The notes: generated by a model from the sequence alone, not told the origin. Numbered from the stretch's first letter, positions 17,673 through 27,395 are shown. The stretch is 64,000 nucleotides of DNA from Dehalococcoidia bacterium (GCA_965197695.1 OZ240222.1:1269588-1333587), one strand, 5' to 3'. Numbers and translations are program-made.

Positions 17673-17836
17673 TAGGTAGTGTTGACATTTCGACGGTGTG
17701 GGTCATTCTGAGGAGATTGCGATGATGAATCCTGAATTTATCACTGCGATCCAATGTCATAGGGACTTCCCTGTGTGTGGAATTACATGCAATGGGCTTG
17801 CATATCGGCTATAAATACAAATGTCAACACTACCTA
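17673..17836. mobile_element. MITE copy 1 (160-bp core flanked by TA)
   Basis: Terminal inverted repeats GGTAGTGTTGACATTT / AAATGTCAACACTACC. About 98% identical to 59536-59700. No ORF. Confidence 0.75.
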
Positions 17837-17874
17837 GTGACCTTGGACCCCGCATCTTAACGACGCTCAGCGAG

Positions 17875-18837
17875 TCAGCCTCCCAGGACTGAACCGACGA
17901 AGCCTCCGTATCCCTGGACGAAGTCCGCGGCGTTCACGGCTCGTCGTCCCTGGAGCTGGACTGACTCCAACTCGAGGACTCCGGCTCCGCAGACGACGCC
18001 GGGCGCGGGACCATCGAGTCTGACCACCACACCCGGTTGACCCTGGCTGACGATGTCCAACGGCCGCGGCCGGGCCCGGACCACCTTCAGCGTGCGGTCG
18101 TCCCAGGTCGTGTACGTCCCCGGCCACGGGCTGAACGCTCGTATCCGACGACCGATGGCGGCAGCCGGCTGAGACCAGTCCAGTCGTCCATCCTCTCGCT
18201 GGAGCAGCCTGGTGACGGTCGCGCGCGCGTCGTCCTGGGCCACGGGCGCTATCCGGCCCGCCGCCCACTCATCCAGCGTCTCGACCAGCAGCCGCGCGCC
18301 GAGCTCGAAGAGCCGCGCGGTCAGGTCATTCGCCGTCTCGTCTTCTGTTAGCTCCGTCTCCCGTTGCGCCAGCAGAGGACCGGTGTCCATACCCTCGTCC
18401 AGCAGCATGACGCTGACGCCGGTGGTCCCGTCTCCATCGAGGATCGCGGTGGCGACCGGCGATGGCCCCCTGTGCCGGGGCAGCAGCGACGGGTGGATGT
18501 TGAGGCATCCCAGGCGGGGCAGGGCCAGTGTGTCGGACGGAAGAAACAGGCCGTAGGCGGCAACGACGATGGCGTCCGGCTCCGTGGCGGCCAGTGCGGA
18601 CCGCGCGCCCGCGTCCCTGCGCAGGGATTCAGGCTGGAACACGGGCAGTCCCCGGCCTTCGGCGAACGACTTGACGGGCGGAGCCGTCAACCGCCGGCCG
18701 CGGCCCGATCGCCGGTCAGCCCGGGTGTACACTCCGACGATCCTGTGACCGCGGTCGATAAGCGCCGCAAGCGTCGGAACGGCGAACCTCGGCGTGCCCA
18801 TGAACACTACGCGCAGTGAATCGGTGGACATCAGCAC
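17875..18837 (-). CDS. fmt: Methionyl-tRNA formyltransferase
   Basis: VVFMGTPRFAVP, NIHPSLLPRHRGPSP motifs. Confidence 0.9.
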   Translation of the reverse strand: MLMSTDSLRVVFMGTPRFAVPTLAALIDRGHRIVGVYTRADRRSGRGRRLTAPPVKSFAEGRGLPVFQPESLRRDAGARSALAATEPDAIVVAAYGLFLPSDTLALPRLGCLNIHPSLLPRHRGPSPVATAILDGDGTTGVSVMLLDEGMDTGPLLAQRETELTEDETANDLTARLFELGARLLVETLDEWAAGRIAPVAQDDARATVTRLLQREDGRLDWSQPAAAIGRRIRAFSPWPGTYTTWDDRTLKVVRARPRPLDIVSQGQPGVVVRLDGPAPGVVCGAGVLELESVQLQGRRAVNAADFVQGYGGFVGSVLGG

Positions 18838-19349
18838 ACGACTCCTCTGCCCGAGAGTCCGCCGAAGCGCACCCGGTCACCCACCGTGACACCCAGCTCC
18901 GCCACTTTGCCCCCGTTCACCTCCAGCGTGTACCGGGCAGGACTGCTCGAACTCAACACCTCCAGAGAATCGTCTCCGGACGAGGCCGGAGGTGGAGGCA
19001 CGTCGGAGTGTAGGTCCACGACGGTACACCCATCCCCGATCCAGATGAAGTCCAGCGGGATCTTCATGTCCTTCATCCAGAAGCCGGAAGTCCGGCTTGA
19101 CTCGAACACGAACAGCATCCCCGCGGAATCGGAGAGGCTGTCGCGGCCCGATAGACCCCGGGTCCGGGCGTCGTGGGTGTACGCCAGCTCGACATCGAAG
19201 ACAGCGGCGCCCACGGCCACAGTGGGTCTGTCCCCCGCGTCGATGACGATCAGCGGCGCCTCCACGGTCACAGGCGGCGGACCGGACGCGTCCTCGCTCA
19301 CGCAGGCTGACGTGAGGAGCAGCAGCAGAATCCTGAGCAGCGACAACAT
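18831..19349 (-). CDS. DUF192 domain lipoprotein
   Basis: Lipobox LLTSAC. TRGLSGRDSL...GMLFVF...FWMKDMKIPLDFIWI is typical of DUF192. Confidence 0.7.
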   Translation of the reverse strand: MLSLLRILLLLLTSACVSEDASGPPPVTVEAPLIVIDAGDRPTVAVGAAVFDVELAYTHDARTRGLSGRDSLSDSAGMLFVFESSRTSGFWMKDMKIPLDFIWIGDGCTVVDLHSDVPPPPASSGDDSLEVLSSSSPARYTLEVNGGKVAELGVTVGDRVRFGGLSGRGVVC

Positions 19350-19376
19350 GACCGGTTGACAGACCTCGCCGGCGCT

Positions 19377-21821
19377 TCAGTTGAGCTCGATCCACGTGGC
19401 GCCGTTGCCTCCACGCTCCTTCGGTTCCGGCCCATAGCTCTTGACGGCGCGATGGTGGCGCAGATGATCGCGCACGACATTTCTCAGTACGCCCGTCCCT
19501 CTGCCGTGAATCACTCGCAGACGGGTCAGTCCATCTCGTATCGCATGGTCCAGGAATTGGTCCAGGTCGATCTGCGCATCTCCGGCGCGCATCCCTCGCA
19601 TGTCGATCTCGACGCGCCCGCCGGGGCCTGCAAGGTCCGTCGTCACCGCGGGAGTCTCGTCCCCCGGTTGATCTTCCCCGTCCGTCTCGATTCGCGACAG
19701 CCGGTGTAAGTCCACGTTCACCCGCACCCGCCCAATGCTGACGGTTGCGCTCTCGCCGGGGCGGTCGATCTCTACAATCCTGCCCCGAAGGTTCATACCC
19801 CTGATGAATACGGTGTCGCTCTCGGCGAGCGGTCGGGAGACCTGCCGCTGTGGTCTCGACGGGGTCGGGTCCGGTACTTCCACAGCCGCAAGGTCCTGCC
19901 TGATCCGCGCGATCCGGGCTCGCGTGGGCGACGCCTCCCCTGTGGACCGCTCAGGTCCGACCCACTGTAAGGAAGCCTCCGCGCCGTCCAGCTTCCGGCT
20001 GATCTCCTCCATCCGGAGCAGTACGCCACTGCGAACAGAGTCCAGCATCTCATCGCGGCTGTCGACCAGGTACTCGATCTGCCCTTCGAGCTCACCACGG
20101 AGCGCTTCCGCTTCCGCCTGCGCCCTTGCTGTCGCCTCCACGTTGGTCTGAAGCTCTCTGCGCTCACGTTGCAGCTCGTTCAACCAGTCCTCGAACAGCA
20201 GGTGCTGCGGCTCCATCAACTCCCGCGCCTCTTCGAGAATATCCACTCGCAGTCCCAATCGCTCGGCGACCGCCAGCGCGTAGCTTCGACCGGGGATGCC
20301 TACAGTCAGCTCGTAGGTCGGCTCGAGGGTCTCGGGATCGAGCTGAAAGCTGGCATTCATCATGTCGCTCGAAGACTCGGCGAACGCCGCGACGTTCCTG
20401 TGGTGTGTCGTCACGACAGTCGCGATCCGCTTACGCGCCAGAAAAGCCACTATGGCCTTCGCGAGCGCGGAACCCTCGTCAGGATCGGTGCTGGTGCCCA
20501 GCTCGTCCAGAAGCACGAGGGAGTCCGGTCCGGCGTGTCGCAGAATACTTATGACGTTGCGAATGTGGGAGCCGAAGGTCGAAACCGAATCGGCTATGCT
20601 CTGCTGGTCTCCGATATCCGCAAAGACGCCCCCGAACACGGGCAGCGCGCTGCCCTCGTCCGCCACGACCTGTAGGCCCGACTGGTGCATGAGCGCCGCA
20701 AGTCCCACGGTCTTCATCGCGACGGTCTTGCCCCCCGTGTTAGGACCTGTGACAACCAGCGCGGACCAGTCGGGACCGACGTTGATCGTGAGCGGCACGG
20801 CGTCGCGTCCCAGCAGTGGGTGCCTGGCCCGTATCAACCGGAGATGCTCCCCACCGTCAGCGGCAGAGGGCGGGACGGCGTCGAGGCGCCGGCTGTACCG
20901 CGCTCTGGCCAGCGCGAAGTCCAACTTGGCCGTCGTCTCATTGGCGAGCCTGATGTCCTCAGAGACCGCCCCCACGAGCTCCGAGAGGTCCCTGTAAACA
21001 CGCAGTACCTCACGTTCTTCCTCGAGGGCGAGCTCGCGCCACTCGTTGCACAGCTCAACCGTCGAGAACGGCTCGACGAACACGGTGGCGCCGGTATTGG
21101 AGGCGTCGTGTACGATTCCGGAGACCCGATGTCGCCGGTCCGACCGCACCGGCACCACGAGCCGGTCCCCGCGGACCGATATGATCGGGTCCTGCAGCGC
21201 GTCCCGACCTGTTGGCGACTGGATGAACCGCTGAAGCGCTTCGGTGACGTGTTCGTATGCGACCCGTATCTGTCGCCGCAGGGCGCGCAGGGTCGGCGTC
21301 GCGTCGTCCCTGACCTCGCCCCGGCGATCGATCTTCGCCCGTATCTGTCGCTGGATCTCGCGCAGATCGGGGATCAGCGAAGCCAGCTCTCCCATGATCG
21401 GGGCTACGTCGCCGGCCCGCGAAATAGACGATCGCGCTCTGCGGTGTACTTCGAGCGAGTCCGCCACCGCCAGCAGCTCGCCCCCGGTCAGCACGCCGCC
21501 CAGACCGGCGCGGGATACGGACTCCGACGTGTCGGTCTCGGAATTGAGGGACAGGTCGTCGATCTCGTCCAGGAGCGCGCGCGCGTCCGCGGTCTGCTCC
21601 TGGAGTCTGTCAACCTCGAAGGGGTCGAACGAGGGAACCAGCGCCAGCGCCAGGCTCCTGGCCCCGTAGAACGTGGTCTGGTCCGCCAGCCGACGGCGTA
21701 TCTCATCGAAGTCGAGCAGCCGAAGCGCCGATGCCCGCAGCTCGGCAAGCTCGGCGGCCAGGTCGGTTGCCGAACACTCCCGGCCAGTGTCGGATGATTG
21801 AGGTCTGAGCAGTTCGGTCAA
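19377..21821 (-). CDS. mutS2: Endonuclease MutS2 (MutS ATPase + C-terminal Smr domain)
   Basis: Walker A GPNTGGKT, LVLLDELGTSTDPDEG, and C-terminal Smr motifs (IDMRGMR...VIHGRGTGVLR). Confidence 0.9.
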   Translation of the reverse strand: MTELLRPQSSDTGRECSATDLAAELAELRASALRLLDFDEIRRRLADQTTFYGARSLALALVPSFDPFEVDRLQEQTADARALLDEIDDLSLNSETDTSESVSRAGLGGVLTGGELLAVADSLEVHRRARSSISRAGDVAPIMGELASLIPDLREIQRQIRAKIDRRGEVRDDATPTLRALRRQIRVAYEHVTEALQRFIQSPTGRDALQDPIISVRGDRLVVPVRSDRRHRVSGIVHDASNTGATVFVEPFSTVELCNEWRELALEEEREVLRVYRDLSELVGAVSEDIRLANETTAKLDFALARARYSRRLDAVPPSAADGGEHLRLIRARHPLLGRDAVPLTINVGPDWSALVVTGPNTGGKTVAMKTVGLAALMHQSGLQVVADEGSALPVFGGVFADIGDQQSIADSVSTFGSHIRNVISILRHAGPDSLVLLDELGTSTDPDEGSALAKAIVAFLARKRIATVVTTHHRNVAAFAESSSDMMNASFQLDPETLEPTYELTVGIPGRSYALAVAERLGLRVDILEEARELMEPQHLLFEDWLNELQRERRELQTNVEATARAQAEAEALRGELEGQIEYLVDSRDEMLDSVRSGVLLRMEEISRKLDGAEASLQWVGPERSTGEASPTRARIARIRQDLAAVEVPDPTPSRPQRQVSRPLAESDTVFIRGMNLRGRIVEIDRPGESATVSIGRVRVNVDLHRLSRIETDGEDQPGDETPAVTTDLAGPGGRVEIDMRGMRAGDAQIDLDQFLDHAIRDGLTRLRVIHGRGTGVLRNVVRDHLRHHRAVKSYGPEPKERGGNGATWIELN

Positions 21822-21833
21822 TGGTCTGGCCGA

Positions 21834-22064
21834 TCAAACTTGCAGTCGAGCTGAGTCAATCAGATCCTGTGTTATCCGCACTCGCTCGTCTGCTTCCTGT
21901 AAGAGGTCAGTGTGAGGCGACCGGCCATGAACAAGCCGCACTATCACACCCTCTGCCCTCACGGCCGAGACCGCGGGAATGAAATCGCTGTCCCCTGCCA
22001 GCAGTATAGCCTCTTGGATGAAACGTTTTGCCGGGTACCGGTAGGGTCGTTTTGCCATGAACAC
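21834..22064 (-). pseudogene. NYN/LabA-like domain fragment (C-terminal part only)
   Basis: The 76-aa ORF contains LLAGDSDFIPAV, typical of the NYN C-terminal half. No N-terminal IDGxN strand is present upstream. Confidence 0.45.
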
Positions 22065-22187
22065 TTCCGAGCGACTTCAAGTGGCCGGATCGGGCCTGTC
22101 AGAGTCGAGCCACCTAATCATACTATGCCATTGGACCGGGGGCTGAAAATCGCTAACCTCGAAATCAGGAATTCCACTAACCCCCTC

Positions 22188-22216
22188 TTGACAACCCTAG
22201 CTCCATACCCTAGAGT
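22188..22216 (+). promoter_or_regulatory. Putative promoter
   Basis: TTGACA (22188-22193), 17-nt spacer, TAGAGT (22211-22216), 58 nt upstream of ATG 22275. Confidence 0.35.
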
Positions 22217-22274
22217 AGAACATGCGTACTTACAGACGCACCCGAAACCTGACATCTGACACCCGAGACCCACC

Positions 22275-23096
22275 ATGTACTACATCACCAACATATACGC
22301 ACTCAAGACCCTCGCCGATGACATCAGCAACACAACCACCGATGTCCGCGACGTCATCGACAAACTACACGACATCGCGCGGGGCAGGACCCCACGCGCC
22401 AACACCCGCGACCGCATCGCCGCCACACGCATCCTCCTAGACAGAGGCTTCGGCAAAGTCCCCAGGCGCGCAGACTACAACCCCGATCGCCACCAGACAC
22501 CTGTCCCCGACCACGACAGACCCGTGGAACCCTCACACAATCCCACACCGACCACACCCGGAACCGTGGCGCAGCTCGATGAGTCCCTGCACGACTCCCT
22601 CGGCCCCGCTCCTTCCTTCGAGCCGGACCCGTCCCCATCCTTCGAGCCGGACCCCCAGTCCACCACGGACAGCCACATCGTAGACGTCATCGACACCCAG
22701 GACTACATCCTCATGGTCACCGACAACGGTCACACTCTCGTGACCGTTCTCACCGACATTCTCAGGGCCGACGACGATGACCCGGCCATCAGGCCAAGCC
22801 ACCAGATCGCGGTCGCCAGGATCCTCCTGGACCGCACCCTCGGCTCGGACTGTGAACCCCCCAAAGACTCCGTCCCTCCCGAGGATGTTCCGTACACCCA
22901 GGAGTGGCTGGAAGACGGATACCGCCAGCTCAACGAGATCACCCTTAGGGTTATGGCGAGTCCGCCGAAGTACACCCACCTGACCGCTGAGGAGCGGGAG
23001 AACAGGCTGGGCGAGATCTACAAAGAGCTAAAGGCCAGGCACGCCGGACCCGGCTACACCGGCTACACCGGCAGGCTCGACGACTACGACCCGTGA
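22275..23096 (+). CDS. Hypothetical protein with internally duplicated R-I-x-x-x-R-I-L-L-D-R module and Pro-rich linker
   Basis: RDRIAATRILLDRGFGK and HQIAVARILLDRTLG are about 150 aa apart. A 2 x 24-nt tandem repeat encodes PSFEPDPS. Confidence 0.5.
   Translation: MYYITNIYALKTLADDISNTTTDVRDVIDKLHDIARGRTPRANTRDRIAATRILLDRGFGKVPRRADYNPDRHQTPVPDHDRPVEPSHNPTPTTPGTVAQLDESLHDSLGPAPSFEPDPSPSFEPDPQSTTDSHIVDVIDTQDYILMVTDNGHTLVTVLTDILRADDDDPAIRPSHQIAVARILLDRTLGSDCEPPKDSVPPEDVPYTQEWLEDGYRQLNEITLRVMASPPKYTHLTAEERENRLGEIYKELKARHAGPGYTGYTGRLDDYDP
22611..22657. repeat. 2 x 24-nt in-frame tandem repeat
   Basis: TCCTTCGAGCCGGACCC occurs at 22614-22630 and again at 22638-22654. Confidence 0.7.
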
Positions 23097-23122
23097 CCGC
23101 CCCCCGCTCCCAACCTCCCCAA

Positions 23123-23246
23123 GTGGAGAGCGGTCAGCGGTCAGTGATTAGTGAGCGGTCAGTAGTTAGTGAATGGTGAATGGCGGTCGGTGACTCTCAT
23201 CCACCATTCCAAATTCTACATTCACCATTCACTCTCCGCTCTCCAC
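23123..23246. repeat. Long imperfect inverted repeat / compound hairpin
   Basis: GTGGAGAGCGG...CCGCTCTCCAC forms the outer stem and AGTGAATGGTGAATG...CATTCACCATTCACT the inner stem. The left arm carries GCGGTCAG-type short direct repeats. Confidence 0.55.
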
Positions 23247-23316
23247 AACCCCGGCAGACCTCCGCGCAATGTACTAGAATCAGGGGGCTTTGCGGACGGA
23301 ATCTCACCGAGGCGTT

Positions 23317-24513
23317 ATGGCGGCAGTACCTCGAAATCTAACCTACAAGGGCATACCGGTCTGGCGGCACGTCCAGGTTATCCAGTGGACCACCCAGATC
23401 CTGTCCGGAATCCTGGTCGTCGTGCTGGTCGTATGGTTCTTCGCCAACATCGGCAGCGCGATACGGGAGAGGGAGATACCCTACGGCTTCAGCTTCCTGG
23501 ACCGTGCATACCAGACCCCCATAGGGCAGCACTTCCTGCCATATGAGTCTTCAGACACCTTCCTGTACGCTTTTGGCGTCGCGGCCGTCAACACGGTAGT
23601 CGTCTCCATCGTCGGCGTCGTGCTGGCAACGGCTCTGGGCATATTCATCGGCATCTCCCGGATGTCCGGCAACTGGATCGTGTCGAAGGCGGCGCTGACC
23701 TACATCGAGTTCTTCCGCAATGTGCCACTGCTGGTGCAGCTCTTCTTCTGGTTCTACATCGTACTCGCGCTGCCGCCCGTGCGACGGGGATACGTCATCG
23801 CCGACCGGCTGTACATCAATAACGGCGGCCTGTCGATTCCCTGGCCTTCACCAAGCAGCCTGAACGCCGCGTTGACCTGGCTCGGACTGGCGGTCGCCGC
23901 CGTGGTAGCGGGCGCGGTCGTTCACCGATGGCTGACCCGGCGGGAGACCCGGACCGGGGCGGCGTCCTACCCCCTGCTGCTGGGCTGCGCCACAGCCATC
24001 GTCATCGCCGCCGCCGGCTGGCTGGTCATCGGCGCGGCATCCGGCGGAGCGCCCTTTGTAGTCTCGCATCCGGCGCCGCAGGGAACGTTCGGACGCATAG
24101 CGGGCGGCTTCACCTTGCCGGGAGGGCTGATTGCGCTGCTGGCTGGACTGGTGATCTACACGTCGTCCTTCATCGCCGAGATCGTGCGCGCCGGCATACA
24201 GTCGGTGGGACGTGGACAGACCGAGGCGGCGCGCGCGGTGGGCCTCTCGGGGATGAGCACGCTGCGCCACGTGACCTTTCCGCAGGCGCTTAGAGTCATC
24301 GTGCCGCCACTGATAAGCCAGTGCCTCAACCTCACCAAGAACAGCAGCCTGGCCGGAGCCATCGGCTACTCCGACCTGACCAACGTGGCCAAGACCATGA
24401 CGCAGACCGCCCCCGCGGTGTCTATCTTCATCCTGATTATGCTGGCTTATCTGGCGATGAGCCTGACCTACTCGCTGATCGGCAACCTGTATAACCGGCA
24501 CATACGCTTCTGA
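23317..24513 (+). CDS. Amino-acid ABC transporter permease (AapQ/BztB-like)
   Basis: Long N-terminal membrane extension plus the EAA-type loop (SVGRGQTEAARAVGLS). Confidence 0.8.
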   Translation: MAAVPRNLTYKGIPVWRHVQVIQWTTQILSGILVVVLVVWFFANIGSAIREREIPYGFSFLDRAYQTPIGQHFLPYESSDTFLYAFGVAAVNTVVVSIVGVVLATALGIFIGISRMSGNWIVSKAALTYIEFFRNVPLLVQLFFWFYIVLALPPVRRGYVIADRLYINNGGLSIPWPSPSSLNAALTWLGLAVAAVVAGAVVHRWLTRRETRTGAASYPLLLGCATAIVIAAAGWLVIGAASGGAPFVVSHPAPQGTFGRIAGGFTLPGGLIALLAGLVIYTSSFIAEIVRAGIQSVGRGQTEAARAVGLSGMSTLRHVTFPQALRVIVPPLISQCLNLTKNSSLAGAIGYSDLTNVAKTMTQTAPAVSIFILIMLAYLAMSLTYSLIGNLYNRHIRF

Positions 24514-24541
24514 ATAGGAAATAGAGCGCGGCGAGGTATGA

Positions 24542-25801
24542 ATGTGGACGATGGCGACGAACGTTGAAATAGATCAGGGGCGCGTGCTGCCGCCTCCGCG
24601 CTCGGAGAGAGGCGCGGCCGGTTGGATTCGCGCCAACCTGTTCAGCTCCTGGTACAACGGCGCGCTGACCGTCACATCGGTTATCGCGCTGGCAGTCGCG
24701 CTGTGGTTCGGGCTGGGTTGGATACTCCTCGATGCCGACTGGACGGTCATCGCCACGCTCGGCGGCCGGATGATTATCGGTCAGTACAACATCGAGAGCG
24801 CGTGTCCCGGCCAGAACTGCTTCTGGAGGCCGCAGGCGGCGCTGCTTATGGTGACGTTGCTCCTGGGTATGGCGTGGGGAGTCGCGGGCGGCGGAGTCAC
24901 CAGGCGCATCGCAGTCGTGGTTGCCGTAGCCATCGTCGCGTTCGCCCTTCTGCCCTACAGCCTCGACGACATGGGCATGGACGTGCGACTGCTGCTGCTC
25001 GCCAACCTGCCCGCTCTGGGGGCCGGGTGGCTGATCGCCCGCTACACGCGGCTGGGCGCGGCCCGCTGGATCGCCATACTGGGGGTGGTCGTGTTCGTAG
25101 CGACCCTCGTGCTGCTGGGCGGAATCGAGGGCGTGCCCGGACTTCAGCCGGTGTCGGTGATCTACTGGGGCGGCCTGATGCTGAACCTGCTGCTCGCGGT
25201 GGCCGGGATCGTGATCAGCCTGCCCATCGGCATCGCGCTCGCGCTGGGACGCCGGAGCCGGCTGCCAATCGTGAAGCTCCTGTGCGTGGCCTTCATCGAG
25301 GTATTCCGCGGGGTGCCGCTGATAACGCTGCTGTTCATGTCCCAGGTACTTGTGCCGCTGGCCTTCCCGGAGGACTTCCCCCAGAACTCTCTATTCCGCG
25401 CCGCGGTCGTGATCACGCTGTTCAGCGCGGCGTACATGGCGGAGAACATCAGGGGAGGACTGCAAGCGCTTCATCCCGGACAGGCTGAGGCGGCGCGCGC
25501 GCTGGGGCTGCCCGGATGGCAGACCACCATGCTCATCTCCCTGCCCCAGGCCATCCGCAACGTGATCCCCGCCATAGTGGGCCAGTTCATCTCCCTGTTC
25601 AAGGACACCAGCCTGGTGTACGTCATCGGTATGCTGGACATTGTGGAGATCAGCAGGGCGTTCATCCAGGGCAACGCGGAGTACCTCGCGAGCACGAAGG
25701 AGCTGTTCATATTCCTGGCGCTGGTCTTCTGGGTCTTCACCTACGGAATGTCGTACGTCAGCAGACGCGTCGAGCACAACCTCGGCGTCGGACAGCGGTG
25801 A
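24542..25801 (+). CDS. Amino-acid ABC transporter permease (AapM/BztC-like)
   Basis: ALHPGQAEAARALGL EAA loop. About 10 hydrophobic helices. Confidence 0.8.
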   Translation: MWTMATNVEIDQGRVLPPPRSERGAAGWIRANLFSSWYNGALTVTSVIALAVALWFGLGWILLDADWTVIATLGGRMIIGQYNIESACPGQNCFWRPQAALLMVTLLLGMAWGVAGGGVTRRIAVVVAVAIVAFALLPYSLDDMGMDVRLLLLANLPALGAGWLIARYTRLGAARWIAILGVVVFVATLVLLGGIEGVPGLQPVSVIYWGGLMLNLLLAVAGIVISLPIGIALALGRRSRLPIVKLLCVAFIEVFRGVPLITLLFMSQVLVPLAFPEDFPQNSLFRAAVVITLFSAAYMAENIRGGLQALHPGQAEAARALGLPGWQTTMLISLPQAIRNVIPAIVGQFISLFKDTSLVYVIGMLDIVEISRAFIQGNAEYLASTKELFIFLALVFWVFTYGMSYVSRRVEHNLGVGQR

Positions 25802-25894
25802 ATCAGGGATGGAGCGCGGGCGCCCCGCCCGCATCTGAGTTGATTGCGAGTCCAGGACCGGGGGTTGTACGCCCCCAGAGGAGTTAGGGACGTG

Positions 25895-26644
25895 ATGGAA
25901 GGGACAAACGGGAGCGACGACATCATCATCTGCCGGGATGTACACAAGTGGTTCGGCAGCTTTCACGCCCTTCGGGGCATCACGACGACTGTCAGGAGGA
26001 CCGAGGTCGTCGTCGTGTTCGGGCCATCCGGCTCCGGCAAGTCCACCTTCATCCGCACGATCAACCGTCTCGAGGAGCACCAGCGCGGCGACATCATCGT
26101 TGACGGCATCGAGCTCAGCAACGACATCCGCAACATCGACGCCATTCGACGGGAAGTGGGCATGGTGTTCCAGTCGTTCAACCTCTTCCCGCACCTGACC
26201 GTGATGCAGAACATCGCGCTGGCGCCAACCAAGGTCAGAAAGATGCCCCGCGCCGAGGCTGAGGAGACCGCCAACGAGCTGCTCAGCAGGGTCGGCATCC
26301 CTGAACAGGCGGACAAGTACCCCGCCGAGCTCTCCGGCGGCCAGCAGCAAAGAGTCGCGATAGCCCGGGCGCTCGCCATGCAGCCGAAGATCATGCTGTT
26401 CGACGAGCCCACATCCGCCCTCGACCCGGAGATGATTAAGGAAGTGCTGGACGTGATGCAGGAGCTGGCTGGCTCCGGCATGACAATGATAGTCGTTACG
26501 CATGAGATGGGGTTCGCGCGCGAGGTCGCGGACCGTCTGATGATGTTCGACGGCGGAGTCATCGTCGAGGAAGGCCCGCCGGAGCAGATATTCGAGGACC
26601 CGCAGAGCGACCGGACCAAGCTGTTCCTGTCCCAGATACTCTGA
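25895..26644 (+). CDS. Amino-acid ABC transporter ATP-binding protein (AapP/GlnQ-like)
   Basis: [37 protein letters not shown]. The start follows AGAGGAG (GTG 25892 or ATG 25895). Confidence 0.9.
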   Translation: MEGTNGSDDIIICRDVHKWFGSFHALRGITTTVRRTEVVVVFGPSGSGKSTFIRTINRLEEHQRGDIIVDGIELSNDIRNIDAIRREVGMVFQSFNLFPHLTVMQNIALAPTKVRKMPRAEAEETANELLSRVGIPEQADKYPAELSGGQQQRVAIARALAMQPKIMLFDEPTSALDPEMIKEVLDVMQELAGSGMTMIVVTHEMGFAREVADRLMMFDGGVIVEEGPPEQIFEDPQSDRTKLFLSQIL

Positions 26645-26855
26645 CGACCTCTTTGCCCTCCTCAGCGGCCCCAGGCGCGGATGGTCCCCGCCCGGCCCCA
26701 TCCGAAAGAGCCGTGCAAACCCGCGAATCCGGATGAAGAACCACAAGCCATCCCAGGGAAGGGCGCAGCCATGAACAGAGTGTCCAAATGGACAGGCGGT
26801 GTCGAGTTCACGCTGTCGGAGTAGCCGCCAGCCTCTGAGTACAACTGCGGAGTCG

Positions 26856-27395
26856 TCAACCCTGGTGTGACGCCGGTTGAGCGCGTCTTCTTCGGATGTA
26901 CATTATGGCGACCGCGACGCCGCCCAATGCGCCAAGAGCCAGGCATAGTAGATACACCTGGCCTGTGGACAACAGGTGCAGCATCACGTTGACCTCCGAC
27001 CACGGAGCGAACGGCCTCACGTCCGTGTGGACTATGCTGTCCAGCAGGACGTGGCTGTAGCCGCCAACCAGCGCTCCCGAAATCGCCGCGACCAATGGGA
27101 TCCGTGATCCGATCCGCAGGACGCTGTCCTGGTCCCGGGCAGCGAGACGATTCCACAGGGTGAGCGCGTGTTCCAACACCGGCCGGCCGATGACGACAGT
27201 CAGCAAAGCGACCAGGGTAGCCCCCGGATAGGTGTGGAGGAACCGGTGGTACGGCCAGTCCCCTCTGAGCAGGTGGACAGCCGCTTCACTGTCGATGACT
27301 ACCTGTGTTACGCCAAAGACCAGAAAGCTAAAATACCTGGGAGCCGCGGCCTTCACCGCCAGCGCAACCCCCATATGAACCGGAGTGATCGGCAT
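26856..27395 (-). CDS. DUF4184-like membrane protein
   Basis: MPITPVHMGVALA start and a HVLLDSIVH motif, with hydrophobic helices. Confidence 0.5.
   Translation of the reverse strand: MPITPVHMGVALAVKAAAPRYFSFLVFGVTQVVIDSEAAVHLLRGDWPYHRFLHTYPGATLVALLTVVIGRPVLEHALTLWNRLAARDQDSVLRIGSRIPLVAAISGALVGGYSHVLLDSIVHTDVRPFAPWSEVNVMLHLLSTGQVYLLCLALGALGGVAVAIMYIRRRRAQPASHQG

Noticed and set aside
23169-23546. 125-aa ORF spanning the large hairpin and the start of the ABC permease.
   Set aside because: It runs through the inverted repeat and is out of frame with the permease N-terminus. There are no motifs and it is most likely not coding.
25391-26746. Very long ORFs antisense to, or out of frame with, recognisable genes. 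Examples: 25391-26746(-), 36964-38331(-), 46501-47652(-), 53018-54277(+), 55055-56371(+), 20685-21797(+), 13401-14255(-).
   Set aside because: These are typical shadow ORFs of high-GC DNA. Their translations are Arg/Pro/Gly-rich with no motifs, and each overlaps a gene with clear family signatures on the other strand or frame.
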